Made by a program: the position numbers and the translations under genes
Assembly (NCBI GenBank): GCA_030704615.1
Contig: CM060732.1
Coordinates: 74,090,001 to 74,154,000, forward strand
Source of the DNA: Takakia lepidozioides
Taxonomy: Eukaryota; Plantae; Bryophyta
DNA: 64,000 nucleotides
Direction of reading: 5' to 3'
In this document: one piece after another, positions 24,749-37,866 of the stretch
Layout: the number at the start of each line of letters is the position of its first letter
Numbering within the stretch: the first letter of the stretch is position 1
Notes under the pieces: generated by a model
Seen by the model: the letters and a program-made list of their open reading frames with translations, nothing else
Told to the model about the DNA's origin: nothing
Database searches by the model: none

Positions 24749-27700
24749 AAATGCAAGGACTGTAAGGAAGGCATCGCGTATGTACCTATACAGAAGGCGC
24801 ATTGCTGCTTTGTCCGCGTTTGGTTGGTCGGTGAACTCGTGGCTCCGGCGGGCATGTGGTATCTCCCGAAAGAATAGGTCGGTTTTGTAGAGCAGAAAGT
24901 ACCTCGTCACATAGTCGCATAGGCTCTCTGCTGCAGGAGAAATCTCCATCTTGAACTGATGTGCTTGTGTGTCCAGCTGCTCTTGCGCATTCGTCGTCAC
25001 CTATGGAGATTCTCCATCAGATCGCATTGCTGAAAAAATACAATGAATCCACCCCTTACAAGAGTAGAAGCGCCAAACGAAGCGTGGGGAAGTACCTGAA
25101 ACCACCATGTCATGCGGTTCATCCACATGTCGAATGTGGGGTCAGACAGTTTGTCCGGTTTGGGGAAGCTCCACATGTCCCTTGTACTTTGGGAACCATT
25201 CCAGATTTGGAGCCACCGGGTCTGTCCAACCACCCAGCATATTCGTAAGCGCCAAACACCACAAAACGAGTTGTTGCCACCACAATTTGGTTAAGAATGT
25301 ATCACCTTTTCTGCACCATCCACACAGGATGTGGCTAGACGATGGAGCTTCTCCAATGTCATCATGGGCTTCAGAGCGCGGGAGTAGTGCTTCCCCACCT
25401 CCACCAAAAGTCGACACCAAGAGCGGGATCAGCTATGGCCACGTACTTTACCATCCGCGACTTGTACTTTATGCGGCCCTCACCTCCGCAGCTTTGAGAT
25501 ACGATTCGAGTGCCGGGAGGGTTAGATTCTTCTCCTCTGACTCCATGTAGAACCTCCGCGCATGTGCCAAATCCTGCTGAATTTTCGTCTATCAAGAATG
25601 CGCATATAAGATTAGAGATCCTGCTCAACACTTTTTCTTCTATTGGGGGAGAAGAGACAGATTAGCTCAACAAAATAGTCAGGAGCTTTACCCAAAATAT
25701 GTAGTCCACCATGGCGTCCATGCTCAGCCTATACCATGTTCTGTCTGCCTTTGCCTCCGACTTGCGCAGGAGGTCGGCACTGAGCGAATTGGCAAACTCT
25801 TGCACCCCCTGCTTCCCGACATCCTTCACTCGGAAGAGCATACGGGACAAGTTGGTGGCAATGAAGGCATTCTCAGTCACCCTGCAATGCCACATTTCCA
25901 TCAAACAATTCTGAAATGGGAATTTACAACAAATATGAGGATTCGCAATGAAATGACTTACAATCGGATGGGTCCAAAAGCAAGAGGCGTTGTAACTTAC
26001 GAGTTGATGTCCGCCATTGCAACTTTGAGAAGACTGCGATCTTTGGGCCCCGCAACCTTCAGCACAACACACTCCACGGCGAAATGCCAATCGAGGTCGT
26101 TGGGGTGGGCTTTGAACTAGAAGCATTCGTGTCATTTACCACTGGGGTAACGACTCATTTTGAGTCGTAAAAGTCAAAAAACTGGGATCGACTGGAAGTT
26201 ACAACAGCTAGTTACAACAGACGTGGTAGTTGGGTTGGACATCCAAGGATTGGAGTGGTAAAGGATGCAGATGCGCGAACAATTGCTCAGCGATTAATGC
26301 AATTAATGCTGAAGAACCACATGGCGTAACCAGGCGGGCCGCCCGTGTGTCTGACCTTTTGGGCTGACTTTAACTTTTCCCTCCGGATGAGTGGACTGAC
26401 TCACCCGGGGCGCGGTGACACATGGACGCGGACGTGGATGCGGACGTGGATGCCGATGTGGCGGCGCCGCGACGAGCGGAAATGCTGCGGCATGGCCACG
26501 GGCCCAAGACGCCACATCGCAGTCGGCCACATCACTTGGAGTGCTGCATGTGACGTCGCAACAGCCACTGGCGAAGTCGACTGCACAACTTCCAGCAGAC
26601 GAATCCACGGGGACCACGTGGAGAGTGTGTGGGTCGACGCGTGGCGTTGTCCCCACGCAATGGCAGTGACGGGTACGACTGCTAATGGAAAGACGCAGAG
26701 TGCTTGTGCCATCTCGGGACTGCTTTGGCCAACTCCGCTGCCACTGTGCTAGTTGGTTGCACTACAGTAGAAAGCACGAAAAATGAGCACTTGTAGTGGT
26801 TTGTGTGAGTTTCCAACTGACCTGCATTCTAAGCTGAAAATATGGTTCTGATGCATTCTACTGGTTTTAGTGGTTCACCCATATGCAGGGGGAATTGAGA
26901 AGCAATGATACTGGGTGAGACTCAGAACACAGACCACGATGCATGCACAACATCACGCTAATGAACCAAATAGACGAGGCAACAGGGAGACCAAAGACCA
27001 TCACACATACACATAGAAGGTGGACGGACACGACGACAAGTCAGGAAATGTGATATTACATTCAAATTAGAGACCGTCACGGCACACCTGCATATGAGCA
27101 AGACTAAATGCCAACATACATGGTTGCCGGACATCACTTAAACTGTCATGGCCCAAATGTTCAAAACTGGTAACGTGAGTATCACACTTCTATGAGTATC
27201 ATTACACACCCAACAGGGACTACAAACATGAAATGTCACTTGATACTTTCACCTTTCCTCATACTCTTCTCTGGCCACAGAGTCACCGTGCCTTTCACGT
27301 GCGCTAGTGTGGTCTGGGGGGGGGGCATCGTCCACATTTGGGCAAGGCAATGTAACACTTGGAAGCATGATCTCGTGGACTTTCACCTTGTACCACCGGA
27401 TCGAATGTCCTTGTAGTGGAACTTGTCAACCCCGGCTATTCCCACCACTTCCGCCTTGGCGGCGGCTGTCTTTGACCGCTTATCATGGGGGTTCAGGAGA
27501 AACACAAGATTTGATATCTGCAGACACCAACATCAGGGTCCACTCAACAACAAACATAGCAATGACAGGGTGAAAGTCAAGCGCAGCTGGGCATGGAAAC
27601 AATCTTGGTTGCCACAATACTGAATCAGCAGCAAATTCACGGTCTACCAACGTACCTTGAAGCGAAGCTCGTCGCTGAGGATGGCAACTGAGGAAAGCTG

Positions 27701-28141
27701 CCCACGTGTCTCTCAACTGCAGCAAAAAAGAGGTTTAGTCAGACGGATAAGAATAACAGGAACTCTGGTGGTTGCAATGGTATAAACACACCTCCACGGA
27801 GCAAGCTAACAAACACCCTGCTCAGACCCTACACACTACAACTTCCTAGCAAAAATAACCCTACTAAAAACCAGCCAGGCAAAGCAAGGAGCCATGAATG
27901 CATGCCTGGGGAACCACGTCCTGCTGCGATGATGGTGCCGGGGACAGCCCACTCATCTTGCTCACCTGCAATGAATACACATTGCAACGCTTCAGGAAGT
28001 GTATCCATAATGGAAACCAACCAAGTTTGCGGAGAGGGGCTGGGAACAACCATACCTTGGGCGCTGCCTCCTCATGCCGGGGGGGGAATCCGGAATGCTG
28101 CCGCCGTAGCACTATGGTCCTAGGCGCAGGACCCACCTTCT

Positions 28142-29000
28142 TCACATTCGACCCACTGCCACTCCCTGTACATGTGGTCCCTGCAAAACATATAGTGCCA
28201 GCCTTGCGTGAGAGGGCATCCGGGGGGAACAAAACAAACATGGACTTTGGCTTCGATGTGATGTTGCAAACAGTAAGGTTAGTTTCACCTGCTTGGGCGC
28301 AGAAGTACTTCCCCCAACGACCCCATCCTCTCCCACATTCAAGCTGCCAGTCGGGGTCAGCTTCCCCGTGCTTGTGAAGACACGCACATCCTTGGAGCAA
28401 AACAAATCTTGGCAGTAGGGCCAGACTGTTTCTAAAAGGTAGTCTGAATCGGGCCCCTCACTGACATTGCCAGTGACATCAAACGACAATGGATGGACAT
28501 GTTCAAAGGGGAGTTCCCCCTCCCCTTGTGTGGTGAATCATCCACTAGGAGGGTGTTGGATTCGTTAAATCCAGAAAATTCCGACCACACCCTCGACAGT
28601 CTCTTCTGTAAGTTCTGTATGGCAGGCCCTTTTGTGGGGTATGGCTCTGTCAAGGGATCACACTCCTCTTGTGACCACACAAAGAGGGGAGAACCCTTGA
28701 CCCCCTGCATCACCACTTTGAAGATGTCTGCAACATTCCCCTTGGAAGCACAAGACCATATCCCAACGTAGAAATACCGGAAGAGAAGGTTTAAAAACTC
28801 GCAGACCTGGGGCCTTGGGAAAACATACTTGTTGGCGGTCAACACCCATGGCCAATGACGCCTCGGGTTGGGCTGAAAGTTAGGAATAGAGTGGCACAGG
28901 ATCCCGTTCAGGTCTAGAACAATTAGTTTTGACTTTTCTATGAAATGAGCTTTTGAAGGGGTGTCACGGGGTCTCACCTTAGTGGGTTGGGAGACAGCAG
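28142..29000 (-). pseudogene. FCP1/NIF-homology HAD-superfamily phosphatase (CTD small phosphatase-like), frameshifted near 28500
   Basis: KLIVLDLNGILC (motif I variant), FPRPQVCEFL, VGIWSCAS, FVWSQEEC, NTLLVDDSPHK. The C-terminal DYLLETVWPY..DVR segment is in the next frame. Confidence 0.85.
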
Positions 29001-30189
29001 TCACCCCGGAGGGCAAAGTTTCGGTCCCCCTGCAGCCTGGACCAGGCAAACTACCACCCTCTCCCCCTACAGCTTCCCCTTTTCCCCCATCATGAGCAAT
29101 GACCCCCCCATCGTGCTTCCATTCCCCTCTCCCGCTCCGCAGAGAGAGCCGCAACCCTCTCCGGGGCCCCGATGCGGGCTGCCATTGAGTTCCCCGCTCC
29201 CTACGCATACAAACACCCACCCGTACTGTTAAAAACCAGAAGAAGAGGCCGAATGTGTAGGATTTCAGGCATTCGGAGATGGCTGGGTTTGGCATAACAC
29301 CCCTCCTGTACCATGCGTGGGGACCCCACATACCCACCAAATCTTAGTACAACAACAGATTCATGAATGGAAACCGGACTTCAAAACATACCTGGCTCAA
29401 AACAGACTCTGATGGGGTGCCAGTCGCAGCATTCTTGCACTCCGCCCCGAGCTCGGACAGTGACGGGCTCCGCGCTTTGCGTCTTTTCTGTATTTGCCCA
29501 TCCACACACTGTCAGTACAAAATGCCAGGAGCATATGGACAAAGCACTGCCCTGCATATCACATAACAACTAATTTTGCACAAGCAATAAAACCCACTCG
29601 TGGGTGTCTCTTCCATTAGAACATGCCACAACGTAAGAGCAATGAGAAGGGGGTGAGGGAGATTACCAAACGGGCTGCTTGGCCTGCAACTCCTGCCCAA
29701 AAACTGAAAAGGAGAGGGACAGAATGTCCTCATAACATGTAAGCCCATTCATTGGTGAAGAAACAGAATGTGGGCGGGTTCACATCAGTACCACATGAAA
29801 CTTACCAGGAAACAGAACATCCATCTAGGTTTTGCACATATCCAGTGGACATCTATTCACACAATCAGCAAATGGCTGTATGGCGGAGCCCAACAACGGA
29901 GCCCCAAAAGGCCTAAAGACTCTCAATGTTGGTAAACACAGGTGCAGACACAATTCAATTGAAAGGATATTGCAGACCTAGCCTCGTTGGAGTTATCAAC
30001 GCATATAGCAAATGCGTACTCCAACGCAGGTGCAATGACGTGACAAAGCAACATTTCCTTGACCTAAAAACTAGTCCCTCTACACACAGTGGTAGACCTG
30101 AAGGTTTTTCCACGATGTCCTCCCCCATGTCACAAATTGAAAACATGTTCAGGGATGTTTTCTGCCTAAATTCATTTTCTGCCCAATCA

Positions 30190-31330
30190 GATCTCCTCTA
30201 CGCTGATGATGTTGCCCTTTTGGCACAATCCCCGGTCTTTCTGCAACGCCATCTCAAAATTTTGGAACAGTTCTGCAAAGACTATGGGATGCAAGTCAAT
30301 CTTAGCAAGACCTAGATCATGGTCTTCAATGGCCAGGCTGATCGTAGATTCATCTTCAACCAGCAGGAAATTGAGATTGTCAAATCATACCGGTACCTAG
30401 GTCTGGTTATCCACTCCCCCAAGTTTCACTTTGCAGCCACTGCCTTGGACAGATTGACTAAAGGTAAGGCGGCCTCCGTCCACCGCCTTCACGCCAATGC
30501 AAGCAAATACATCTGCGGCATCCCCCGACCAAAAAGTGGCTGTTTGACAACCGTCGTCAGCCCTGCTACCATCAATGGTTGTGAATTCTGGGCACTTGGT
30601 GTCCCTGTCTCCTAGTGGGAAAAGACTTTGGAACCATTACAGTCATCTTTTCTCCAAGCAATGCTTGGCGCCAGGAGCACAACTCCATCTCAGATCCTAG
30701 GTGCACAGTTCGCATGTGTACCATTGCAATCCGAGGTACAGTTTATTGAAACGTAACAGTTTACAGTTTATCCGAGGTCCACCCAAAGGGCTAGTGGCAA
30801 GGGCCCTCACAACATCTATGAGGCTCAAAGCTGCAGGTTTCGGGAACTCCTAGTATGCTCGAGTGGACAGTTTTGAAACGTAACGGACTTTCTACTGCTT
30901 TCCTATTACCAATGAACCCAGATGAGGTGGACATCACATCCAGACATGACCGCAACAGACTCATTCGGAGAGAAGCTTATGGAATTACATGTCAAGAGAA
31001 CTTGGATGCTACCCAATCTCACAACAAAGCTCCACTTCTATCGAGAGACATTCTTGGTGCTCCGCGATGATAGAATCTTCAGACCAAATTACCTTTCAGC
31101 ACCCTTACCTCCTTCCCTCTTGAGGGCATTGGGGCGGTTCAGGGTGGGTTCCCACAACCTACGGATAGAGACTGGCAGATGGGAAAACCTGCAACGGGAG
31201 GACCGCCTATGTCCAGCTTGCATAGGGCGCAGCAAGGAAATTGAAACTGAAGAACACTTCTTCTTCTTCTACTGCCCTGTATACTACGAGATCCGTTTGA
31301 ACAAATTTGTGGATATGTGCATCCAAGTTT
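30190..31330 (+). mobile_element. 5'-truncated, degenerate non-LTR retrotransposon (RTEX/CR1-group-like ORF2 remnant)
   Basis: LLYADDVALL, VNLSKT, YRYLG, and C-terminal RFRVGSHNLRIETGRW..RLCPAC..ETEEHF..CPVY; stops and frameshifts present. Confidence 0.88.
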
Positions 31331-32147
31331 CAGTTTCAGGAGAACTCAACGCCCAGAAAACATGAACACAAGTAGGGGTAGAACTCACCTCATGCGCAGC
31401 GGTTTTTGTGCCGTTTGCGCACCTTTTGGAGAGACTCTGCAGATGGAGGTGCAATTTCCGCCGAACTGTCCTCCACCTCATCGTCGTCGCCCATGCTATA
31501 CTCGCTAGTGTCAAAATCCAAACTCGAAGACCGCCCACCGCTCTGCCTTCCCTCTCGCACCGACGCCATCTGTACCGGATTCAGTCGAGCCAGGCGGGGG
31601 CTCCTTCGCACCGCGGGGCTGGAATGTGCAGAAGTGGGAGGAGGTGATGCTGCCTTGGCGGTCGAGCGCTTCTTACTAGGCGTGGACATAGACCATGACA
31701 AAGATGAAGACGAGCAAGGACATAGACCATGACCAAGACAAAGACGAGCGAGGAAGACCAAGACATGCAAAGGAGGAAAGAAGGACAAGGAGGGGAGTGT
31801 GATCACACACCCCCCCCCGATCTGTAGTGAAGATCCGGCCGTTGTTGATTTCAAATATGAACACGTGTCGTGCATCCGACACTATGGCCTTTTCGACACA
31901 TCCTTTTCGACACTATGGCTTCCTGGAATTGTGCTTCCTGGAATTACCTTTACTGTCAGGAGTCCTTCCACCAACTCCTAAGTCAGTGTAACTACTATGC
32001 AGTAGATGTTGAAGTCGTACACCTCACTGTGGAGAGGATCGTGGAGTTGTTGAAAGCAGAATGTAGTAACATGGACAACTTCTGCCACATATTCTACTTT
32101 TTTTGCCCATAGAACTTGGTGTCATGGGAGGACATTTGGCATTTCAG

Positions 32148-34204
32148 AACCTCTTGCAGCGGTACCTCCTAGACCCCATGCATTGTGAGAAGAACTTCTG
32201 AGAGAACATTCTAAAGACTATCTTTGGGAAGAAGGATACGATAAACGTACGAAAGAACATCATGCAGAGTGTGTGTCATTTCAAGCACACTGTAGTGATG
32301 CAACCTACTTTATAATCACTTGCAAGCAACAACCAAGATCTACGAAACACCCTCTGTAGTCGTCTGAAGCACCCTTTAGTACACGATCCCACTCCCATAG
32401 TGGCCGGAATGACTTGTGACAATATATGTGTAATTCCAGCATACAAAGACCATTAAGAATAGCACAAGAGGGATGTAAGTTGGCACCCACTGTCTCCATG
32501 GTGTCATGGTTGTTGTGTTGTTAGCACATAATCATGTGCCACATCCCGAAGGCGCGGGCTCATGGCACGCTTTGTTCCACCACCTTCTAGGACCTCGCCT
32601 ACAACTCCTTCTTCCTCGTTCTCGTCCCACACCCGTCGTTGTATTGCATCAAATGAAGACATATACTCTGTCATGAAGCCCAGGGCTTCGTCGCGGATGT
32701 AGCCCTCCGCCATACTCCCCTCTGGCCGTGCCATGTTGCATACATACCCCTTCAGATCCTTCATGTACCTCTCCATGGGGTACATCCACCGGCTGGCTAC
32801 GGGCCCACACACATGCAACTCCTCTACAAGATGCACTAGCAAGTGCGTCATGACGTCAAAGAATGATGGAGGGAATTCTTTCTCCAGCAAACATAGGGTC
32901 ATAGCCACATCCTCATGCAACGATGTAATGTCCCTCGGATCCCACACCTTCGCACAAATCTTCCTAAACACTCGATTTACACGCATTATGGCTGTTCGAG
33001 GACCTGGCGCCATCGTACCCCGAATGCACAGTGGCAAAATCTGTTGCATCATCACGTGTAGATCATGTGACTTCATCCCCGACCATTTCTTGTTTATGGC
33101 ATGCTTTTGGAAAGCACCCGAGAATCCGGTTGGCACTTTCATGGCTCCCAATGTCTTCAAAAAATCCTCTTGCTCTGATTTGGTCAGGACGTATGATGCT
33201 ACTGGCATGAGCACTTTGCCTGGTCTATTTGGATCAGGCCTTAGCCACAGATGTGTGCATGTACAACACGGTGTTGGTCAGGGGGACTGAGTTGCAGCTT
33301 CTATTTGGTTTCTGCCAGAAAGTACGCAGCGGAGAAGGTCCGCCTGAAAACGGAACGGAGTACATTTGCAAAAGCATGGCGGAGGGGCGGTCGTAGGCGC
33401 AGATCCCCGGTGGAGTACCCCACAACAATGGAGGAGCTGCAGCCCTTTATAGTGTGGGTCAGATCTGCAATTGCAGTGTACGCATCAGAGAACGAGGACC
33501 CAGATGAGGGCATGGTGAGTCTGTCATTCCCCCCAGGGCTGATTGCCACTTCGTACCGGTCAATGAAAGCATATGGTAATCACTATAGAGTGGACGATGC
33601 CAACACCAGCCTCCTGGTGACTTATGACAGTGGAGTGGCATCATTTTTTGAGCAAGAGAGTAGGAGCTGTGCACGAGATCGGAATCCAATTTCATGCCAT
33701 GTGGAATATGTAGGAGTGATCAAAGAGATCCTTAAACTAGACTATGGTCTTGTGAAGCCAATTCTATTCCGTTGTTCTTGGGTAAAAGCCAATATGGTAG
33801 GAGAGAATGCCACCATGAAACGGGATGAGTACGGGTTCCTCCTTGCTGATTTCAGAAAAATGCTACCACAAGATGAAGAGCCATTCATCTTCCCATCGCA
33901 AGTTGAGCAAGTTTTCTTTTCAGATGACACCCATGCGCCGGGATGGAAGGTGGTTCTTCACAAGGACCCCCGGGCCAAACGAATCGTGGCCGACGTCCAT
34001 GATCTGGACCTAGGGGAGAATGCAGACCACGAGGGTCTGAGGGAACCACAAAATCTACTAGATACGGCCGAACCAGTCTCTTTGGAAGGAAGAGTTACCT
34101 TTAATGAGGAAGACATTCCAGGGTTGGTAATTACCGCAAGGCAAATTGCAGATGTGGGTAGTGAAGGGGAAGATTATTTGGATACAGATAGTGAGCCTAG
34201 CTGA
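32148..34204 (+). pseudogene. CACTA/En-Spm TNP2-like transposase remnant (DUF4218 + DUF4216) with an internal inversion
   Basis: + strand LLDPMHCEKNF at 32148-32270. - strand MKSHDLHVMMQ..FPPSFFDVMTHL..GPVASRWMYPMERYMK (32504..33214). + strand YVGVIKEI..LFRCSW..DEYGF..EPFIFPSQVEQVFF (33319..34204). Confidence 0.92.
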
Positions 34205-34565
34205 ATCTCAGTGTCCATTAAGCCAGCAGCTCATAGACGAGAGCTATGCTAAGGACTCTTACTGTCCTTAGAACCCATTTTGTACAGTCCTGCAAGCGCG
34301 CAAGGGCGAGACAGTTAATAGTATCGATAATGTCCCGGTATGTGGTCCGTACTGTCTTGTGAACAAACTTTTTTTTGTTCTGCCAATATTGTTTCTAACA
34401 TGTGAGGAGAGGATCATCTTCATGTACGAGAAGTAGACGTGAATGTGTGCATGCATTTTCTGGCCTAGCTGCATGCTTTCCAGGAACAAAGACCAGTGGA
34501 ATGGGGGGTGTCTCCAAAGGAGCAGGACCGAACGACACCTTTTTGTGCTTCCCTTGCTTTCCTTC

Positions 34566-35712
34566 TCACCGTTGTTGCATTCTCCCACCTGCCCAACAGC
34601 AGCACTCTCGAAGCAATACAGCGGCCAACTTCATATCCGCCTCCGACATGACGTCTGCTGCAGAGGGGTTCTCCGGCAGCCCACCAGGATCGCCAAATCC
34701 AGCCTGTATGCTGCGGGTTTGGGGCCTGGGGATGTCCGGGAGGATGTCATCCTGGTCAGAAAGCTCGGTGTCGTCCTCCACAACATGGTGAACCACCGGC
34801 GAAACCACCTCGAGCACTCTCCCTGTCTCTACTGCCATCTCCCCGGCTTCACCTCGAACTTGCACAATCCGTGCTCTTTGTGGTGTTCTTTCCTCTCCTC
34901 CACTCTCCACCGTATGGGTAATTGCAGGGGCTGCTCTTGTCTGCGATGGTGTAACCGGTGTGTTACTGCCTCTTTGTGGTGTCTTGGAGGGATCCACCGT
35001 CTCTGTGCGTCCCTCGTTTACATTGGCATCTGTCATTTGGGCACCCCTGGCCTCTTCAGTGGCCTTTTCTCTTTCCTCCTGGCTAGCCTTCTATCTCGCC
35101 TGTTCTTTTGCCCTCTCTTTTGCCCTCTCACGGGCTTTCTGTTTCTTACTAGGGCTAGTAGCAGGGGAGCCCTCCAGGACGACCACCTTTGATTGAGGAG
35201 AAGGAACACCCTCGCGCGCACTGCTCACTCCCTCCTCCGCAGCCCGTGACAACTCTCTCGCCGGGGATTGCATGTGCTTAGCTTTCTTCTTCTTCTTTGC
35301 GTGGGCGGGCCCTACTGCATGTGCATCAACAACCTCCATTGCTAGATCTGCTGTCCTCACGTCCTCACGTCCTCATGCCCTTCACCTGCCATGCCACCTG
35401 CACCAACCTCCCCAATGCCTATTCTGTCGTACCCTCGCTGCAGGTCCTCCTGTCCACCAACAAAAGGTTGAAGTTTGCCCTCTCGCCCCAAGTTGGGCGA
35501 TTCAAACATGCGATGAGTTGGAGTGGCCGATGATACCACCAGCGTGCCGGGCTCGTCGTCACTCTATCATTCCCAAAATCGTCAGAACCAACATCGGTGC
35601 CAAAACCAGCAGCGCAACCACCATAGCAACAATCGTGGAACAACAATGAAAACAAAACAAGTTTAGGAAGTATGGAGTGCCATGGAACAACAATGAAAAC
35701 AAATCCAACCAA
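34566..35712 (-). pseudogene. Low-complexity, basic/acidic ORF remnant of unknown function (cargo gene B)
   Basis: ORFs 35419..35712, 35091..35360 and 34566..35036 are in one frame separated by stops; NLS-like KKKKK. Convergent with TNP2. Confidence 0.4.
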
Positions 35713-36169
35713 TGCCTAAGAATGACTTGCTTCTAGTGATGCCAGGATGAAGATGCAAAAACAAAGCGAAACAACGAAGCGAAAGCGAAAGCGAACAAAA
35801 CGAAAGCAGAAGTGGCTTGCCTGAGAATACTCGGCTTCAGTTGGCGCGGGTTGTGAGCAAGACACTGGAATCTCCTGCTGGAGCTTAAGTTTGGCCATGC
35901 GAGAGATTGGCCGTCGTCCGTAGTACAAAGCTTTCAACTTCCGCCGCGGTCTGGATGTGAGGTCTCTCTCAGGAGAGCCACGCCCTTCAGGCGGCATAAG
36001 TCCCAGCCAAAATGGAAAAAGATCTCAGTTTTTTGGGGTACATGCCTCGAATAGAAGTTAATCCAAGATTAGCATCAGATTTAGGGTACGTATCGAGGAA
36101 GCCATGTGTCGCCAGCCCAAATATAAACGGACGGCGGTGGACATTTAATGCCCATCCGCCAAGTACGGC

Positions 36170-36640
36170 GGCGCGCAAAATTTCCATCATGCAGGTAATT
36201 CGGAAAGGAGCAGGATGGAAATCCAGCGCCGGATTTCCATCCTGCCAGGTAGGGCGGCGCGCGAAATTTCCGCCACGCAGGTAATTCAGAGCTGGATGGA
36301 TGGAAATCCGGCAGGTTGGTCGGAGAGCGGATGGATGGAGATCCGGCGCCGGATTTCCATCCTGCCAGGTAGGGCGGCGCGCGAAATTTCCGCCACGCAG
36401 GTAATTCGGAGCCGGATGGATGGAAATCCGGCGCCGGATTTCCATCCGCCAGGTTGGTCGGAGAGCGGATGGATGGAAATTTGGCGCCGAATTTCCATCC
36501 TGAAGGTAATTTGAAGCCCGGATGGATGGAAATCCGGCGCCGAATTTTCATCCAGCAGGTAACTCGGATCACTGGCAGATGGAAATTCGGCGCCGAATTT
36601 CCATTCGCCAGGTAAGTTGAAGCGCCGAATTACCTTCCTG
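36170..36640. repeat. Palindrome-motif array 2a (30-bp palindromes at about 53-85 bp spacing)
   Basis: Perfect palindrome GGATGGAAATCCGGCGCCGGATTTCCATCC at about 36418-36447 and variants at 36213, 36333, 36471, 36524, 36578. Confidence 0.93.
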
Positions 36641-36769
36641 CAGGTAATTCTGAGCGTGGCCGCTTGGTTTTTCGGAGAAAAACAAAGTAAACTGTTAGTT
36701 TTGTGGCTGAAGTCCACTTTTAGACACGTTTTTCATGGAATCCTTGACTGCTAGAGGGAAATCCGAACG

Positions 36770-37625
36770 GCCTCGGACGGAAATTCGGCGCCGTTTTTCC
36801 ATCCTGGGAGGTTTTTATATCGTCCAGTTTTGGGCCTCACCACCCGACCGGACTTCCTTTGAGGGGGCCCGGATGGAAATTCGCCGCCGAATTTCCATCC
36901 GGGGGATGGTCTCTGTCAGACAAGTGCCGGCCTCTACGCCCGAGGCGACTTCGTCCGGGCGTCACCTGTTGGATATTCGGTGCCGAATTTCCATCCGGGG
37001 GTTGAAATGTGACGGCCAGGTGCCGGCCTCTCCCCCCTCCCCGACTGCATCGGAACGGCCCCGGATGGAAATTCGGCGCCGTTTTCCCATCTGGGGAGGT
37101 TTTTATGTCGGCCAGTTTTCGGCCTGCCCCCCGACATGACTTCGTTTGGGGGGATGGAAATTCGGGGCCGAATCTCCATCCAGGGGATGCTCTCTGTCGA
37201 ACACGCGCCGGCCTCTACGCCCAAGGCGACTTCATCCGGGCTTCCACTGTTGGATATTCGGTGCCGAATTCCCGTCCGGGGGTTGTAATGTGAGGGCCAG
37301 GTGGCGGCCTTTCCCCCGAGCCGACTGCATCCGAACGGCCTCGGATGGAAATTCGGCGCCGTTTTTCCATCCGGGGAGGTTATTATGTCGGCCAGTTTTC
37401 GGCCTGACCCCCCGACACGACTTCCTTTGGGGGGATCCGAATGGAAATTCGGCGTTGAATTTCCATCCGGGGGTTGTTCTCTGTCGAATAGGTTCCGGCC
37501 TCTCTGCCCGAGGCGACTTCATACGTGCGGCCCCTGCTGGATATTCGGTGCCGAATTTTCATCCGGGGGTAATAATGTGACGGCACGGTGCCGGCTTCTC
37601 CCCTTCAGCCGACATCATCCGGACG
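36770..37625. repeat. Palindrome-motif array 2b, higher-order repeat (3 x about 95-bp monomers = about 283 bp, three copies)
   Basis: Motif at about 36775, 36871, 36969, 37062, 37152, 37250, 37343, 37441, 37538; spacers recur every third unit. Confidence 0.92.
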
Positions 37626-37866
37626 GCCCCCCACTTTCTGACTGCATACCGTTGGCAGTTATTGCGCAAAGACCAGGGGCCTCATTCCAGAGACAAGGTT
37701 CATTAACACTCTGACTGTGGATTTTTGAGATAGTTGGTTCCCTGGATTTGGATCAGGCTTTGTCGCTCGGACAAATCGGCACCGCATTCCTTCCCATCGC
37801 TGCATCCCCCTTCTACCAGGGAGCTTGCCCGCACGCCATCCTGGGAGTCTTGTGTGCACATCTCCC

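Larger units (their letters stand above)
10008..26135 (-). pseudogene. Spliced gene of unknown function (cargo gene A); its intron holds the palindrome array and gypsy copy 2
   Basis: In-frame GT-AG joins: WWFQ|VTTNAQ (about 25096/25000) and MRLLY-R|YCKFSLLEKGH (donor 24785, acceptor 10948). Further coding-like segments at 25230-25910 and 10186-10928. Confidence 0.6.

Noticed and set aside
26755-26800. CACTACA..TGTAGTG as CACTA termini (also TAGTG at about 27415, 31825, 32295)
   Set aside because: Too short or mispositioned, with no 3-bp TSD pair or subterminal repeats bounding TNP2.
31390-31875. S/R-rich ORF ending at a donor-like GTGAGT
   Set aside because: Possibly the first exon of another cargo gene truncated next to the LINE fragment, but it is low-complexity with no identifiable downstream exon, so it was not called.
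36170-37625. CRISPR array (palindromic repeats with spacers)
   Set aside because: The spacers are related and recur periodically (higher-order tandem repeat), no cas genes are present, and the context is eukaryotic.
35987-37714. Many ORFs with MEIRRRISI / GWKFGAEFPS repeats (also 24273-24855 and 41489-42046)
   Set aside because: These are translations of GC-rich palindromic tandem repeats, open on both strands; there is no evidence of coding.
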